From: Acanthaster planci
Lineage: Eukaryota
Direction: 5' to 3'
DNA: 64,000 bases
NCBI RefSeq assembly: GCF_001949145.1
Contig: NW_019091360.1
Location: forward strand, 2,477,599-2,541,598
Numbering within the stretch: position 1 is the stretch's first letter; the number at the start of each line of letters is the position of its first letter. The translations under genes and the position numbers were made by a program. Under the pieces are notes generated by a model that saw only the letters and a list, made by a program, of their open reading frames with translations, did not search any database and was not told the DNA's origin. Positions 62,601-64,000 of this stretch are shown here, piece after piece.

Positions 62601-64000
62601 CAATTTTTTTAGTATTTATTTTAAGCATAACATTAAAGTGAAATACATGGGCTGCTTTCAAATTTCCTCGGGGTTGTCGAAGTAAAATCTTACTTTTCAC
62701 CTTTTTGATCCACCAGTTGTCGATTTGGTTGTCACATGTTTAAGATAACACTTCGCTTTGAGAGGAAGAACCGTACTCGGCGACAAACAGCCATGGCATG
62801 CCAATTTAGTTATGTGTATTTCCATTTGGAATGTATTAGAAAGTCTACCGGTTTGTTTCAATGTTACAGTATACACTGTTCAAGTGGATAAAATATGTAA
62901 TGTTAGTCTTATACTTATCAAACTAAACATCAAGAAAGTTTGTGTGATGCATGGCCTGTTCTCTCAATAATTTAAATTAAGACTACGACATTTGTACGAG
63001 TAAAAAGCTCACTTCCCCCGTGTCCTTGCTTTAGCCACGAGAACCATGCATGGCTGGAGGTAGGAATGGGAAAGCATACCGACAAAGACCTTGGAAGACA
63101 AATCGTCGGATGGCAAATACTCATCAAAAGATGCTAAAAAATCGCATGAAGGGAGAAAACCAGCTTACCAAACTTGTACTTAGTCATTGGCCGTTCCATG
63201 CTGTGCGACTTTGGAAATTGTCTTCAGGAAATCAGATTGGTTTGGGATCGTCAGAAGTCGCCCCTGTTCGCGCGTGCAAGGTGAGGGTCGTACCGGTGCT
63301 AAGGGTCTGTCCTAGTCTTAGCCCTCGATGTCACAATAGAGGCAATTCTCAAGCCCCCACCATACCGAGTTGCATCCTGGGTTGTTATTCCCCCATTCGG
63401 CGCAGGCAGGAAGCAGCTTCACAGTGCGCCAATCAGTACCGGTCCAGTGCACCCTGGTCAGGCAAAGGGGGGAATTTCTGTAGGAGGACATGTGAGGTCA
63501 CGGCTGGTGTAAAGAACTTTCAAAAAATTGTTCCTTCGTTGTTACAGACCACAAACTTTTCTTCAAAACATGAATCATTAGGGAACAAAAACGTCAGTCC
63601 GTCTAAACCCTAATTGGACCCCAATGCTTGAATTAGGAATAAAAGCTTGGTATTATTTTGTTGGTTCCACGTTCCCCTCTTTCATTACACGCATCTCCCC
63701 TGTACAGACTAGTCCATTTCAAGCCATTCCACTAGTTACGTAATCATTTCTTTATCGAGGAGCTTGCAATTTGCATTTTTGAGGTCACTGACATCATGGT
63801 GAATAGCCGGCCCAAGGCCACTGCAATATCTCTGACAATACGATGGATAGACGTAGCTCAAGGCGCCCGTGATACTTCATTATGGTTCAACTATTACGTA
63901 ACTGCATTAATAACGTTCACTGCGTAGAATACAGATCATTTCATGGAGACTTGGAATTTGTCCGTGCAAATAGCAAGAAAGGCTCCATGGTGGCATTTGC

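Noticed and set aside
60644..63613. Long plus-strand ORFs (192 aa at 60644 and 187 aa at 63050)
   Set aside because: No recognisable domains or convincing splice structure; probably chance ORFs in higher-GC non-coding DNA.

Overview
Eukaryotic (invertebrate animal) genomic DNA with spliced genes and many transposon relics; nothing here looks prokaryotic. From left to right: (1) the last coding exon and 3' UTR of PTPN23/HD-PTP (+). (2) A decayed, spliced single-pass receptor gene (+, ~6.5-12.4 kb) with a HYR domain, a TM helix and a tyrosine-motif tail. It is frameshifted and interrupted by a 3'-truncated DIRS retrotransposon and LINE fragments; the DIRS leader carries an array of five related stem-loops. 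(3) A complete 18-coding-exon inversin gene (INVS, +, 19881-39915) with a candidate RFX X-box promoter near 15.5 kb. (4) A 43-bp minisatellite spanning an assembly gap. (5) A small spliced gene that the ORF track does not assemble (-, 105 aa, CCDC200-like N-terminus), also with an X-box upstream. (6) A thyroid hormone receptor gene (THR/NR1A, -), seven exons from the DNA-binding domain to the stop codon; its 5' exon(s) were not found. Introns hold hAT-, Tc1-, Tc2-, Harbinger- and Kolobok-type MITEs (some nested), L2/Crack LINEs and SINE relics. Exon boundaries were read by eye from GT-AG sites and reading-frame phase. Homology calls rest on remembered family sequences, not on database searches.
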